From Pseudovirgaria hyperparasitica (Eukaryota): a stretch of DNA of 64,000 nucleotides. Both the position numbers and the translations under genes were made by a program. The notes under the pieces were generated by a model. That model saw nothing but the letters and a program-made list of their open reading frames with translations. It made no database searches and was not told the DNA's origin. Position 1 is the stretch's first letter; every line of letters starts with the position of its first letter. Shown in pieces: positions 12,480 to 23,721 of this stretch. The stretch is taken from assembly GCA_010093815.1 (NCBI GenBank), contig ML996567.1. One strand, written 5' to 3'.

Positions 12480-13017
12480 CTACTTAAACGCCCGAACAGC
12501 GGTACTCTGATTAGTCTCTAGTTTTATGCACACAACGGCCTCAGTGATGCACGCCACTGTCCAGAGCCAACAACAACACCAATAGCAGCTGAAATCCTGG
12601 TTCCAACATTGACCACACGTGAAAAGGCGCCACAGCGCTTCGAATAGATTTTCAGGCCTCCTACTGGAGTCCATTAGCATCGGACAAAACGGTCAAGGCC
12701 CATCACGGTCCGTCGTCAAGGTATTAAACCCGCCGCTACAAGGCGAATTGTAGTCTGCCTCGCTATAAATCTCTTACGATCTGTGATGGACGCTGTGGGA
12801 CGGGCGGTAGGATGTTAGGTCGAGATGTGTGCCGATCTGTCGGGCTCCCCTGCTTTGGCGCAGTTTGCTTTCTTAACAAGAGACGGGAGGGGCTAAGTGA
12901 GTGATAGACGTCGGGGGCGGGGCGTTGGTAGAGTGGCCGTGCATTGGGTTCGCTGGAATTCAATCGACTGTACGTCAGGCCTCCATGGTTCTCGTGGTGA
13001 GAAGGCTGGAGTAGCAT
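12480..13017 (-). other. Putative spliced transcription unit (exons 13017-12974, 12792-12778, 12663-12480): 80-aa Cys/Trp-rich peptide or non-coding host RNA
   Basis: Introns GTACAG..CCTAAC..CACAG (181 nt) and GTAAGA..GCTAAT..CCAG (114 nt). Splicing gives an uninterrupted 243-nt ORF. Confidence 0.4.
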
Positions 13018-13135
13018 CGCGAATTCCGGATTAAGATAACGTGCTGACCAAATGACCGATAGGTAGAGTAGGGATCAGTGAAGGAGAGTGCTCATTAGCG
13101 GTACGACAAATGTTACGGATAGATTGTCGCTATTT

Positions 13136-13773
13136 CTATGCCTGCGCGGCCTGCGCTTGTCCTTGAGACTGCTGCTGTATCGAACTCTGGAGTTGAATGA
13201 TCTGAGGCACGATTAGAGATTCATTGTGGGTTCAGTTGAAGACATTTCTGTCCTCGTTCGCATTTACGACGTACCTCCATCTTCTTTTGCTCACTCTTGG
13301 TCTGAATGTCTTTGATTTGACCCTCGACACGTTTGCTAGAGATAGTCAGTTGATGCGCTGATTGATCAAACTAGCGGAGAGATTAAGAATGTGTGCTATG
13401 ACATAAAGAAAGGGAAGCCTACATTTCCTTCTCAATGAAGTCTAATCTACCATCAACAGACATCTGTGCCTCGGTCTGGTCTTGCTTCAGAAGTACTGGT
13501 CCAATGAGCTTGAACTTGGTTGCGTTTGGGTTCTTGGTGAATTCCTATTGTGGTGATATCAATTATATGCTGTATGCTGCGCAAGTGGTCAACTTACTTT
13601 CTTTACGCTATCGTTTTCTTGCTGTTGCGACTCAAGCTTTTGCCTGCCATCAACAATAGACTGGAGTTCTAGTGGGTATTAGACCGGAGCATTATTTTAT
13701 ATGTATAATACGCACCAGCCTGAAACTTTTGGAACTCATCTGAAAGCTCTTGCAGCTTCTTCTGGTCGCCCAT
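13136..13773 (-). CDS. YKE2: Prefoldin subunit 6 (exons 13773-13716, 13668-13598, 13544-13423, 13335-13275, 13201-13136)
   Basis: Manual splicing gives MGDQKKLQELSDEFQKFQAELQSIVDGRQKLESQQQENDSVKKEFTKNPNATKFKLIGPVLLKQDQTEAQMSVDGRLDFIEKEIKRVEGQIKDIQTKSEQKKMEIIQLQSSIQQQ... RQKLESQ.QEN and KLIGPVLLKQD are PFDN6 motifs. Confidence 0.93.
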
Positions 13774-14272
13774 TTGATTTGTGTTTGTCGATGACAGACC
13801 TGTACTATTCGTTGATCCGACCGCGCTTTTGTTGTCCAATACTTCGGACTTGCGGGAACTTTAGAGATTGCTTCCTTGAAGATAAAAACCCTATCCTACC
13901 TGTGTCTGGTTGGTGTAAAGTGTTGACTTCGTCGTCAAGACAGGAACCGAACTCTTGGCGCGGCCTTGGCGCCATCTCGCCGCCTGGACAACAGTCCTGG
14001 CGAGACGAGTCAACTGAAAAGTTACCTCCACGACATACCGTATTTTCGGTGCCTGGTCACTCAGAGGAGCTACAACTTCCCAAAATCCCACCTTCATATC
14101 GACTTCTCTCTACCGAACGACACTGCTTTATCGGTGGCCACGCGACGACACTTGTGTTACCCCTCCCCCGCGCTTCGCCATTTCAGATCGCAATCCCACA
14201 TCCACGTCTGTAGCATTCTAAGTCTTCGGTCGAGGTCTTCTTGTATCGCGAGTAAATAGCACCGTTTGCGTC

Positions 14273-15878
14273 ATGAGTAACACAGACTTTCTTGGGCGTG
14301 CAATAGAGGTGGTCAAGAAAGCTATCGAGAGCGATACCGCAGGCGAGTATGAGAAGGCATACCAAACATACTACCAAGCTTGTATGTGGCCCACCAATGA
14401 CCTGGTCATACAACGACTTCAGGATTCCTAACTGACATGTATCAATAGTAGAGCTTTTTATGCTTGCCCTAAAATGTGAGTTCACCGGCCAACTTGGACT
14501 CGTGGGAGCCTAGCCTGATGCGCCGAACTCTAGGGGAGAAGAATGCCAAGTCAAAGGAAATGATAAGAGCAAAAGCCGGTGAATACATGGAGAGAGCCGA
14601 GAAACTCAAGTCACATTTGGCCGAAAACGATTCTAGTAATAGAAAAAAACCGAGTGCCGTCGGCTCGAACGGGAAAGTCGCTGGAGGGAGTGGCAAGGGC
14701 AAGTATGTTGCCTACGGAGCCCATACGAAAACTCGATAGCGGCTGATGATATATTCCAGAGGTGACGACGACGAGGAAGAGCAAGACGCAGACTCGAAGA
14801 AACTTCGCGGCGCGTTAGCAGGCGCCATTCTCTCCGAAAAACCAAATATCCGATGGGAGGACGTTGCCGGCTTAGAGATGGCAAAAGAAGCCCTGAAAGA
14901 GGCTGTGATATTGCCCATCAAATTCCCACATCTGTTTACCGGAAAGAGACAGCCTTGGAAGGGTATATTACTCTATGGTAAGTCGTGCTACCATCTCCGC
15001 AAAATCATCCACTAACTGCCCGATAACAGGCCCTCCAGGTACCGGTAAATCTTACCTTGCTAAAGCTGTCGCCACCGAGGCCAACAGTACCTTTTTCAGT
15101 GTCAGCAGTTCTGACTTGGTCTCAAAATGGATGGGAGAAAGTGAACGACTCGTCAAGCAGCTATTCGGTATGGCACGGGAAAACAAGCCATCGATTATCT
15201 TCATTGATGAGATTGATGCTCTGTGTGGACCTCGTGGCGAGGGTGAATCGGAAGCCTCAAGGCGTATCAAGACCGAGTTGCTTGTACAAATGGACGGTGT
15301 TGGCAAAGATTCGAGAGGTGTATTGATCCTGGGCGCAACTAATATCCCCTGGCAACTTGACGCAGCTATCCGAAGACGCTTTCAGAGAAGAGTTCACATC
15401 AGTCTTCCAGATCTGCCTGCTCGCATGAAGATGTTCGAGCTTGCGGTCGGCTCGACCCCATGCGAGCTGACACAAAACGACTTTCGCAAACTCGGCGAAC
15501 TAAGTGAAGGTTACTCAGGTAGCGATATCAGCATAGCGGTTCAGGACGCTCTTATGCAGCCAGTCCGCATGATACAAACAGCTACGCACTACAAGAAGGT
15601 ACCTTCCCCCAAAGCACAAATTTACAGACATCGTATCCTAATCAGGTGCATCGTAGGTCATTGTGGATGGTGTGGAAAAGCTCACTCCTTGCTCCCCTGG
15701 CGATAGCGGCGCGTTGGAGATGACATGGACAGAGGTTGAGTCAGACCAGCTTCTTGAACCGCCTCTGCGCGTGAAGGACTTCGTGAAAGCTATCAAAGCG
15801 TCTCGGCCCACTGTTAGCAAAGAAGATCTTAATCGCAACTCTGAGTGGACGCAAGAGTTCGGATCCGAGGGTGCCTGA
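14273..15878 (+). CDS. VPS4: ESCRT AAA-ATPase Vps4 (exons 14273-14381, 14449-14475, 14534-14702, 14760-14977, 15030-15598, 15657-15878)
   Basis: MIT domain ([11 protein letters not shown]..), Walker A GPPGTGKS, Walker [35 protein letters not shown]-terminal EFGSEGA. Confidence 0.97.
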
Positions 15879-16799
15879 TTAATTCTTTTGTCAAACATAC
15901 CCCACAATCGGTTGGTGTTTACCGGAGCACAGGGGGATCAGCTTTTACGAAATGGATACGGAGCATCATCATTCTGCAGCGGACGGTGTTCCGGGTGTCA
16001 TGGGAGTACATATATGGCGACGAGCGCAATGGGCCCGTCCGAATGGAGGGACGAAGTGGATATACTACAGTCCCACTTCTAAGCCGCCCAAAGTACTAAC
16101 AGATCTTTGCAAGGACCTTGTGTGATATTCTGAGCTTTCCGTTTGTGTCGCACGGATCTCGCATTCCTGCCCTGACGAATTGTTAAAGTGACAATCTTCT
16201 CGTCAATACCTTTCAGATATGTCTACGTCTTGAGCCTGCAGTAGCTTACAGAAATGATAGGGAAACTCTTTGCCAGTGGCCTCCAGTACTGCCAGACTGT
16301 CATGTTCTGAAAGCGCCGACTGCAGAGCAGTGTACTTTCCAGACGTGTTGCGGTTGCTCTGAGTAGCACAATATGTGAATAGACAGACAGAGATAGATTG
16401 ATAAGCCGCCGCATCGAAGATTTTGGCTTTGGTTCAATCAAGCTTCAAGGGCAGATGCCGGGTCTCAACACACATTTGCTAGCTGAAGAGCCCCGTCAGC
16501 GTCTTATACTTCAAATGTACGGTCACTGTCCTAGAAATATCCTTCCGCTTCCCAGTTTGCGTCGTCCTTAGGGTTTCAGCAATATCATTTGTAATGTACA
16601 GTGATTGCTGATGATATCCCTGTCGATTCGAGTCGCCGAGTCATAGCTACACATTTGCAATGATACCGATAATTATAATGATAACGATGATCTCAAGAGC
16701 GTTGCTGTCATTTGGTTATACCATGTAAATGGTTTGGGCTATCTAGATGGATGGCTCTCTTCGGACGTATTTTGTATATCGATACATGCGCTACACGTG

Positions 16800-17789
16800 T
16801 CACTTCTTCTTCCATCTAATACCTCCACACCATCTTGCCCATCTCTGTACATCCTCCCGTTCTAGCAGCTTTTCGACTGTGTACCACTCTCTTGCCAGTT
16901 CCTCATTGCCAGCAATTCGATGAACAAAGCTATGACACTGCCTACATAGCCAAGCTACGTCGTTCAACTGCCGTGCCTCATGCCAGCCCCTTTTTATCAC
17001 CTTGTCGTGTACTGATTTGGGGATGAGGTGATGGTATGTTAGTGGCATGTGCTCTCGCAGACAAATTTCACAACAATCGGCTGTATCTTTCGTGGATGAT
17101 GGTGGGGGTGGAGCAGCGATAGCCCCCTCCACATAGGACGTCAGAACGGGTGACAAGAATGCCTCGAAGAACGTTGGATCGGAAGCCACAAGTGAGGGCA
17201 GAAACGTCGAGATGGTCTCGACGTAGAGCGTGGGCAAGGGAGCGACTAATCTGTTGACAGTGTCTGAAGACAGTGGAGTAGCGTATCGTGCCTGTAGGCT
17301 TTTCGATGCCTCGAATGAACGATGTGTCAGAGAGCGTAAGTCAGCAGGCAGGTCTGAGAAGATGCCATGGGCTAGGAACTGCGAGGTTATAGGTGGTGAG
17401 TCCTACATACTGACACACGATGAATTTCAAGGCTCACAAACATCAATGAACTCGCTCAACTCTTCAGCTTCACTAACGTCTTTCGCGTCCGTGTCTTGCT
17501 CGCTTTTATCATCATGGTTGCTTAGATGACCGTCGAGGATGTTTCTGCTTCTAGGTATATCGACCCAGGACCCATTCTCGGTTCTTTTCTTAATCACATC
17601 CTCCGCAGTATCGTTACTCGCTTGACTCAAGGCGCTCAAGCTTACCGTTTTACTCCCGCTTTTCCTCCTCTCCTTTCTCTTCTTCTTCTTCTGCTTCTCG
17701 GGTTGAGGAGCTAGATAACGAAGAACAGACTCGGAGAGACATTCGCGAAAGAAGCCAAAGTTGGTAACTTTGGTGGCATTGAGTGGCAT
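16800..17789 (-). CDS. HNH-endonuclease-like (YisB-type) domain protein (intron 17441-17379)
   Basis: C-terminal CEIC..LTYHHLIPK..WLCRQCHSFVH zinc/HNH motif. Intron GTTTGT..CGCAG joins the two track ORFs in frame. Basic KQKKKKRKERRK stretch near the N-terminus. Confidence 0.8.
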
Positions 17790-18219
17790 TAATCACGTCG
17801 TCATAAAAAGCTGTGTGTCCACTGCTTCGGTGTGAGGAGACGCTAGACTGACATCATAAGTACTAGTCGAGAAAGGATGCGCTAGCAGGCAGGTAATCTA
17901 GATGCGTTCATTAGTACATTGGATCAATTTAAGGAGCAGTCGCTCTTAGTCAGTAAATCTCCTACAGAAATTATAGCCATTCATTAAGGCTATACAAGTC
18001 ATTAAGTTACACAAACTCAATCATGTACGTCTGGCATACGATCTCATCTCAGCTCATTGTCCAATCATATTTCTACACCAAAGATAAGCTTGAACAGTGA
18101 TACGTCATGAGTTTTTATGGACGTCTCGTACACTCCATAGCACTATTCATAATGATATACTGAGTATGATGTTTGTGCATCATGGTCATTGACTCGGATG
18201 CAAGGAGTGAGAATATCTC

Positions 18220-19207
18220 GTTATATTCGCCTCTATTTGCTTCAGGCCTCGAGCATTCTTGCGGAAGCTTGCACCAAGCTCTCTGTGCCCCTTTCGAACC
18301 TCACACCGTCCTTTCCTATGTCATCAATAATCCACCTGAAAACAATGTTTTTGTCATCTCAACGAATTCGGGCACTACTACTTCCGGCAGGAAGCTGCTG
18401 AAGAATCCAGCAAGCTCATCAGGTTCAACGGAGCGGAGCTCGACCTCCTTCCCCGTAACCTTTTCGAACGCATCGTGTACACCAAGTGTTGAATACTCCT
18501 CCAGACCATAAAGTTCCAATAATGACGCACCGTTTTCCATTGAGATGGCTGTTATAGTCCAAAGGATGTGTTTGGCACATGCGCGCCCAATGTCAACCGT
18601 GGGGACTTAGCGGGCTCATCAGTAACTAGTTACACTGTCAGAAAATCAAGAGCCATCGTCTCATACAATGGATATCTTATGGTCCACCGGCGTGCTTGGA
18701 CTAGAAAATACGCTCTTCACCCCCTTAGCCGTTTTCAGCGTCATCTCTCAGTCCTTCATAGAACACGCATTTCTCACGAAAATAACTTCAGGCGATACAT
18801 GGCGGTATGTCTCCTCACTCGCGTGGCTTGACTTGATCGCACCAACGCTATGTCCGTGTTGAGCATCTCCGCTCGAGATATAAACTAGCCGTCGCCCATT
18901 GCCTGCCTGTTTCACTGCATTACTGATGTTGCTCGACACTGTATTTGCCCATTCGATGACATCAGAGCCGTCGTATTTGGATGGTATCAGTGTGATTACA
19001 GCACGTGAGCCGCAAAAATTTAGGGATGATGTGTTTGTAATGTCTCGATTAACTGCTGTGAATTGCGAGCTGCTCGCGAGTGTCTCAGGTACTTTTTTGG
19101 AGATCGCGGTAGACGGCAATCACCGTGGGCCCAAGTCGATGCCCCAAAAGCGTCTCAATAGCTGCGCGACATGCCTTGGATCCTGATGGGATGACAGTGA
19201 CCTACAT
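18220..19207 (-). pseudogene. NmrA-like NAD(P)-binding protein pseudogene
   Basis: Reads M*VTVIPSGSKACRAAIETLL..VIAVYRDL / KVPE..RLVYISS..MKD*..VPTVDIGRACA..ELYGLEEYS..V.DAFEKVTGKEV. Stops at 19204-02, 18750-48 and 18318-16, a frameshift near 19093-98, and an intron (18666-18607) ending TAA instead of TAG. The 3' boundary is approximate. Confidence 0.8.
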
Positions 19208-19841
19208 ATTATCGTCGAATCTGGGACGGGTTCGCAAGTCCTGATTATAGTTTGTCGTGGAAATCAAAATAGGGGGAAGGAAGTGCCAGCCGAGAGGACT
19301 CATATATCAATCTTCAGCCGCATGAGTAGCTAGGCTACACTCCGTCATAGTCTGATCCTTTGGGGATGATAGACCAGATGACAATGGAGATGACTCATTG
19401 ATGCGAAGATCACCGATCATCATATTAGTTGGGCATGCGGCAGCTCGCCCTTGAACAACAATACCAATTAATAATACCCAGGATCACCGACTGATATGAT
19501 ATTCTACTTTCATGGCGCTCTGTATTCGTAGTGACCGTGTACAGAGACAGTCCCAGCTCACTGAACAGTGGACACGATTGGCCATTGCTATGCTTCAAGA
19601 GAACCCACAAAGCCAACGCGACTGGATAGTAACGCTGCCAATCGCTCTACGGGATCTGTTCAAAGCGAGGAGAGCTATGGAACGACTCGGCTGAGCTTGA
19701 TATACAGGCCTTATCTTGTTAGCACAGAGCTTAGATACCGAGCTCTGGGGTTTCCTCTCTTTGGCGGCATATTCCAGGTTTCGACGTTTGTGGATACAAT
19801 GCTATCGCCAAGATTGAACATGACCGACCCAGCTTGTACTT

Positions 19842-21341
19842 TCATTCTCCAGAATATTCACTATAGTTGAGGAGACTTCTCCATCCTCCCTTCCGAACCC
19901 AACAATCAAGATCCTCCCTGATGTCCTTATGATGTCGATCCGAGACTCGAATACTGCGCTCCACAGCGGCCATGTGAACTTCGGCATCAGTCATACCAGC
20001 GACGCCTCCATCTCGACGTATCAGCGCGTCATCAAAATCGAGATATCTGAGCACTCTTTGTAACAAGGTACCAACGAAAACCATTGGGATTTTGAATCTG
20101 AGCCAATTTGGCCTCAGTTGACCAGCTAGCCGTTCTCTCATATGTAGCGCCAGGTTTTGGTTCCTCTGAGCTCTCCTCCTAACAAAGCTGAGTTCATTTT
20201 GGCTCGCAAAGCGTTCTCGTGATTGGATCATCTTGGACTGCTGGGTTGGGAGCCAGCAGACGCGTGGGACTAATGGGGTCACGAATGCGACGATGAGAGG
20301 TGTCCATTCACCCAGAACAAGCAGAATTGTTGCGAACGGGACCAATCTTCGAAGATCACGCTTGGTCCGCTCACGAAATTGGAATTCTGCACGACAGTAT
20401 TCAGGAAGAGTAATAATTGTGGCCTTTTCGGTGTGGGTCCCATGCGCAGTAGTAGCAGTGGTGATACGATCCCAATTCTCTTGCCAATGTTCAAGAGACT
20501 TACAAGGATCACTTTCTAATTGTATCTTATCGTTCGGGCCAAGATTGCTCCACTTCCAGTCGAGCGGCGTACAATGCTTGTAATCTTGTCGTGGTGGGAG
20601 AAGCACTACCTGCGATCCTACACGAGTCTCAGGATGCGACCAGTCTAAACCAGCAGGTATATGCAGCGGAGCGAGTATAGCGATGTGTGCGTGCATACTT
20701 TTCTCGGTGTTGGTTTTCAGCTTCGCAAGTAGTTTTGCACCTAGGTTCTCGAGGTCTGCCGAAGGTATAGGATTACGATTTGACCTCAATGTTCTAGCAA
20801 GAATGGGCTCTGGGCCTAGAGCACGCAATATCTTCCGATTGTTCCAAAGTTGGTAGAGGGCAGCTTTGTAAAATCTATAGTAAATCTGTCCGCATGTATA
20901 TAGATACGCTATCATCCAATTGTAATCACTTCGAGGTGGCAGATTTTCGAGAGGTGGAGGGAGGGTGGAAATTGGGGGATTGAGCCGGTCAGCGAAGAAC
21001 GACCGTGGTAGTGAGTCCGAGCGAGGCATGTCCGACGAGATCATGGCGTTATGCTTCGAGTGTAAAGCTTTCTCCTCGCGCCGGCTTTCTGTCTGTCGGA
21101 CGGACTGGGAGGTTGGGGGCACGAATGAAGATGTGGCCGCCTCGGGCTTCGTTTGCCGATCATCATCCTCGTCGCATTCAGCAGGGAGTCTCCGGAATGA
21201 GTGGTTGTTCTTTCGTTGGTTATATATGTGTGAGTGTAGAACGGCTGTCGCGCATCGTATGTGCTTAGGACACCGAGAGGCAAGGTGGTGGAACGGCGAT
21301 GGCGACAGAAGTGCGGCTAGCACTGGGGAGCGAATCCTCAT
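19842..21341 (-). CDS. LETM1-like (ribosome-binding domain) mitochondrial membrane protein
   Basis: Arg/Ser-rich N-terminus. YRFYKA..QLWNN, RAEFQFRERTKRDLRRLVPF..LLVLGEWTPLIV..VPRVCWLP, YLDFDDALIRRDGGV..MTDAEV..A..ER. Confidence 0.8.
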   Translation of the reverse strand: MRIRSPVLAALLSPSPFHHLASRCPKHIRCATAVLHSHIYNQRKNNHSFRRLPAECDEDDDRQTKPEAATSSFVPPTSQSVRQTESRREEKALHSKHNAMISSDMPRSDSLPRSFFADRLNPPISTLPPPLENLPPRSDYNWMIAYLYTCGQIYYRFYKAALYQLWNNRKILRALGPEPILARTLRSNRNPIPSADLENLGAKLLAKLKTNTEKSMHAHIAILAPLHIPAGLDWSHPETRVGSQVVLLPPRQDYKHCTPLDWKWSNLGPNDKIQLESDPCKSLEHWQENWDRITTATTAHGTHTEKATIITLPEYCRAEFQFRERTKRDLRRLVPFATILLVLGEWTPLIVAFVTPLVPRVCWLPTQQSKMIQSRERFASQNELSFVRRRAQRNQNLALHMRERLAGQLRPNWLRFKIPMVFVGTLLQRVLRYLDFDDALIRRDGGVAGMTDAEVHMAAVERSIRVSDRHHKDIREDLDCWVRKGGWRSLLNYSEYSGE

Positions 21342-22754
21342 AATGTGAGGTAATTCAAGCTATGACTGGGTTGTCGCACCATTCTAGTGAGGTGTGCGTG
21401 AAGTGTAGATTGCGACCGCGATATATGCTTCCATTCACGCGTCATGAACTCCACTTTAATCCTTGCTCGGCTCTGTGAGCACAGGCCACCAGATGTACTT
21501 CTCATATGATACATCCTTCTATGTACATAGATTTGTACAACAATAAATATCATCACTGTGATGTGGCTACTCTTACTAAATGACTATAGAACTCTTGTAA
21601 ATAGGTTTACAAGAAGCACCACTGCTTGAGAGCCCAATCCGTCGCCTTACGGTAAGTCGCATTTAGTGCCGGGCACATTACTCTCAGAATTTCATGTATC
21701 ATGCATCCTTGAGATAAGAAAGTTCATTTTGCCTACGTCTGCTAAGCTATGAATGTTTGCTTACAATCCGAACGACACGATCTGTAGCAGTCGACGCCAT
21801 TATCCAAAAATCCCGCTACTCTCACACAACATGATCGGTGTTGCTACTACGTCATGTTGCTGCAGGCGATTTCAAAGGCCAAAAGGGTGCATTAGCATCA
21901 CTTAATGATAGAAGGCAGCTCTGAACACAAGATGCTTCAGTCAGTCGCATTAGTCTGGGATTATCCTTACAGCAACGTTCGCCGAGTAGGTCTGACTTGT
22001 AGCATTTTCATATCACACTCGAGAACAGATTAACACCTAAAATCGCATTCCGCAAGCTACTCGCTTGCCGTTTGTGCCAGCGCCCGCTGATCTCTAGGGA
22101 GAATGCATTTCCACTCTATACCTTTCCTCTGCTACCATCGCGGGACTACAACGTTCGCAGCTTGCGCCAATCTTTAGGGTTCAAACGAAGCTCCTGCCTA
22201 AAACAGCTATTATAATCTAGCACGCGAAGCTAAAGTGATCCTCGAGGGACCAAAGCCAAGTCTACTGAAGTCCAAGCCAAGGCATGGAAGCGAGGGCTTG
22301 CATGAATCAGTGACTAGCGGACGTTGGACGCTGGTGATATTGGAGCTTGATGCTGCTTCAAGACTGTCCTCTACCTGTCTCGATTGTAATGTGCTACGGC
22401 TATGGGAGAAGAGTTGTTTTCCAAGGACGGAGCAGACCATTACTAATGCTCAAAGTAGCTAATATCGAAGAGAAGGCCAAGGCGTGGAAGCGAGGGCTTG
22501 CGTCGGCGTGCGACCGAGCATTGCAAATGCGTAAGTTACATCTAAAATACCAAGAAGAGAAGGCGGTCAGATCAAGAGTCATTGGGCAGGAGTCAGCATA
22601 TCCCTCCAGCCTACAATAAAGACGAGTATGAAAGGTACACCTAGGTCCTCATATCCTCATCCTAAGCCATCCACAACTTACGATCCTCTTAACTCAACTT
22701 CAGACCTCACAGCCGCTCCTCGACACACCAAATCAACTTTTCAAACAAATCGGA

Positions 22755-22943
22755 ATGTACAAACTCGCTTCTCTCCTCATCTTCCTTCTTACCTCTACTC
22801 TCGCTGTCACAGCTCCTGCTACAGACAAAAGCAACGCCGCCGTTGCTGTTTCTGGTGTGGTCGCTTTGGACGAATGTTGCTCTTGCACGCCTCTAGGCAA
22901 CGGCATGTACCTTTGCGGCAACTGCCTCCCCTGCGAAGGGTAA
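22755..22943 (+). CDS. Small secreted cysteine-rich peptide (62 aa), candidate effector
   Basis: Signal-peptide-like MYKLASLLIFLLTSTLA; CCxC-x9-C-x2-C-x2-C at the C-terminus; C/A-rich leader typical of fungal 5' UTRs. Confidence 0.7.
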   Translation: MYKLASLLIFLLTSTLAVTAPATDKSNAAVAVSGVVALDECCSCTPLGNGMYLCGNCLPCEG

Positions 22944-23721
22944 GCAAAGACTACAGTTAGCAGAGTCGAGAAAACAGGAGGTCTGTTGATAGGCGGAGTC
23001 ACCTATCAACAATAGAGACCTATATGAAATGACAACAATATTTGTGTTTATTTTTTTGGTTGTTTAATGTGCTCACGTGGTTCACTGATAAAGGCTGCGC
23101 TCATGCTCATATTCCACTGTAATCCCATTGCGCGATTTTTGGGTGCAACAAGCAAGCATTTGGATGATTCAATGATACTATTTGGACATTGTGAAACATC
23201 ATTAAATATGCTCATATCGTTTATCAGAGCCTAAAATATTGGACTCATCAGCCTACTCCGGTCTACTTGGGGAATTGGTTATATGGTGAGACACCTTAGG
23301 CTGCACCTATGGTATGCTCACCATGGATACAGATCACGGAGAGAATAATGAGATAGAACTGCGGCAGTACAAGGAAGGCGATACGCACTCTCGCATCATT
23401 GTGAGCCAGTCTCGCCTGAGATATTGAGATGGTGGGCTGGACCCTGAAGCACCTACCCCTGAGCTCTTCCGTGGATGCGCTCTGAAATCGCATCCAATCC
23501 ATGGAACACCTCGACCAAGATAGTCATGGCGAGCGGAAACAATGAAAAACCCAGTGAAGCAATAGACTGCTCTCATTTCCTCAAAACTTCACAGTTCACC
23601 TCCATCTTCACACCTCACACCCTCAGCTGCAACTTTATAAAGTCAACTTCAAGTCAATACAATATCTCCATCTACTACGCCATACATAAACCTCAGGGTA
23701 ACTTTCTCAGCCGAAGCAGCC

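Noticed and set aside
13701..14213. 170-aa + strand ORF upstream of VPS4
   Set aside because: Overlaps prefoldin exon 1 on the opposite strand and the shared promoter; no motifs.
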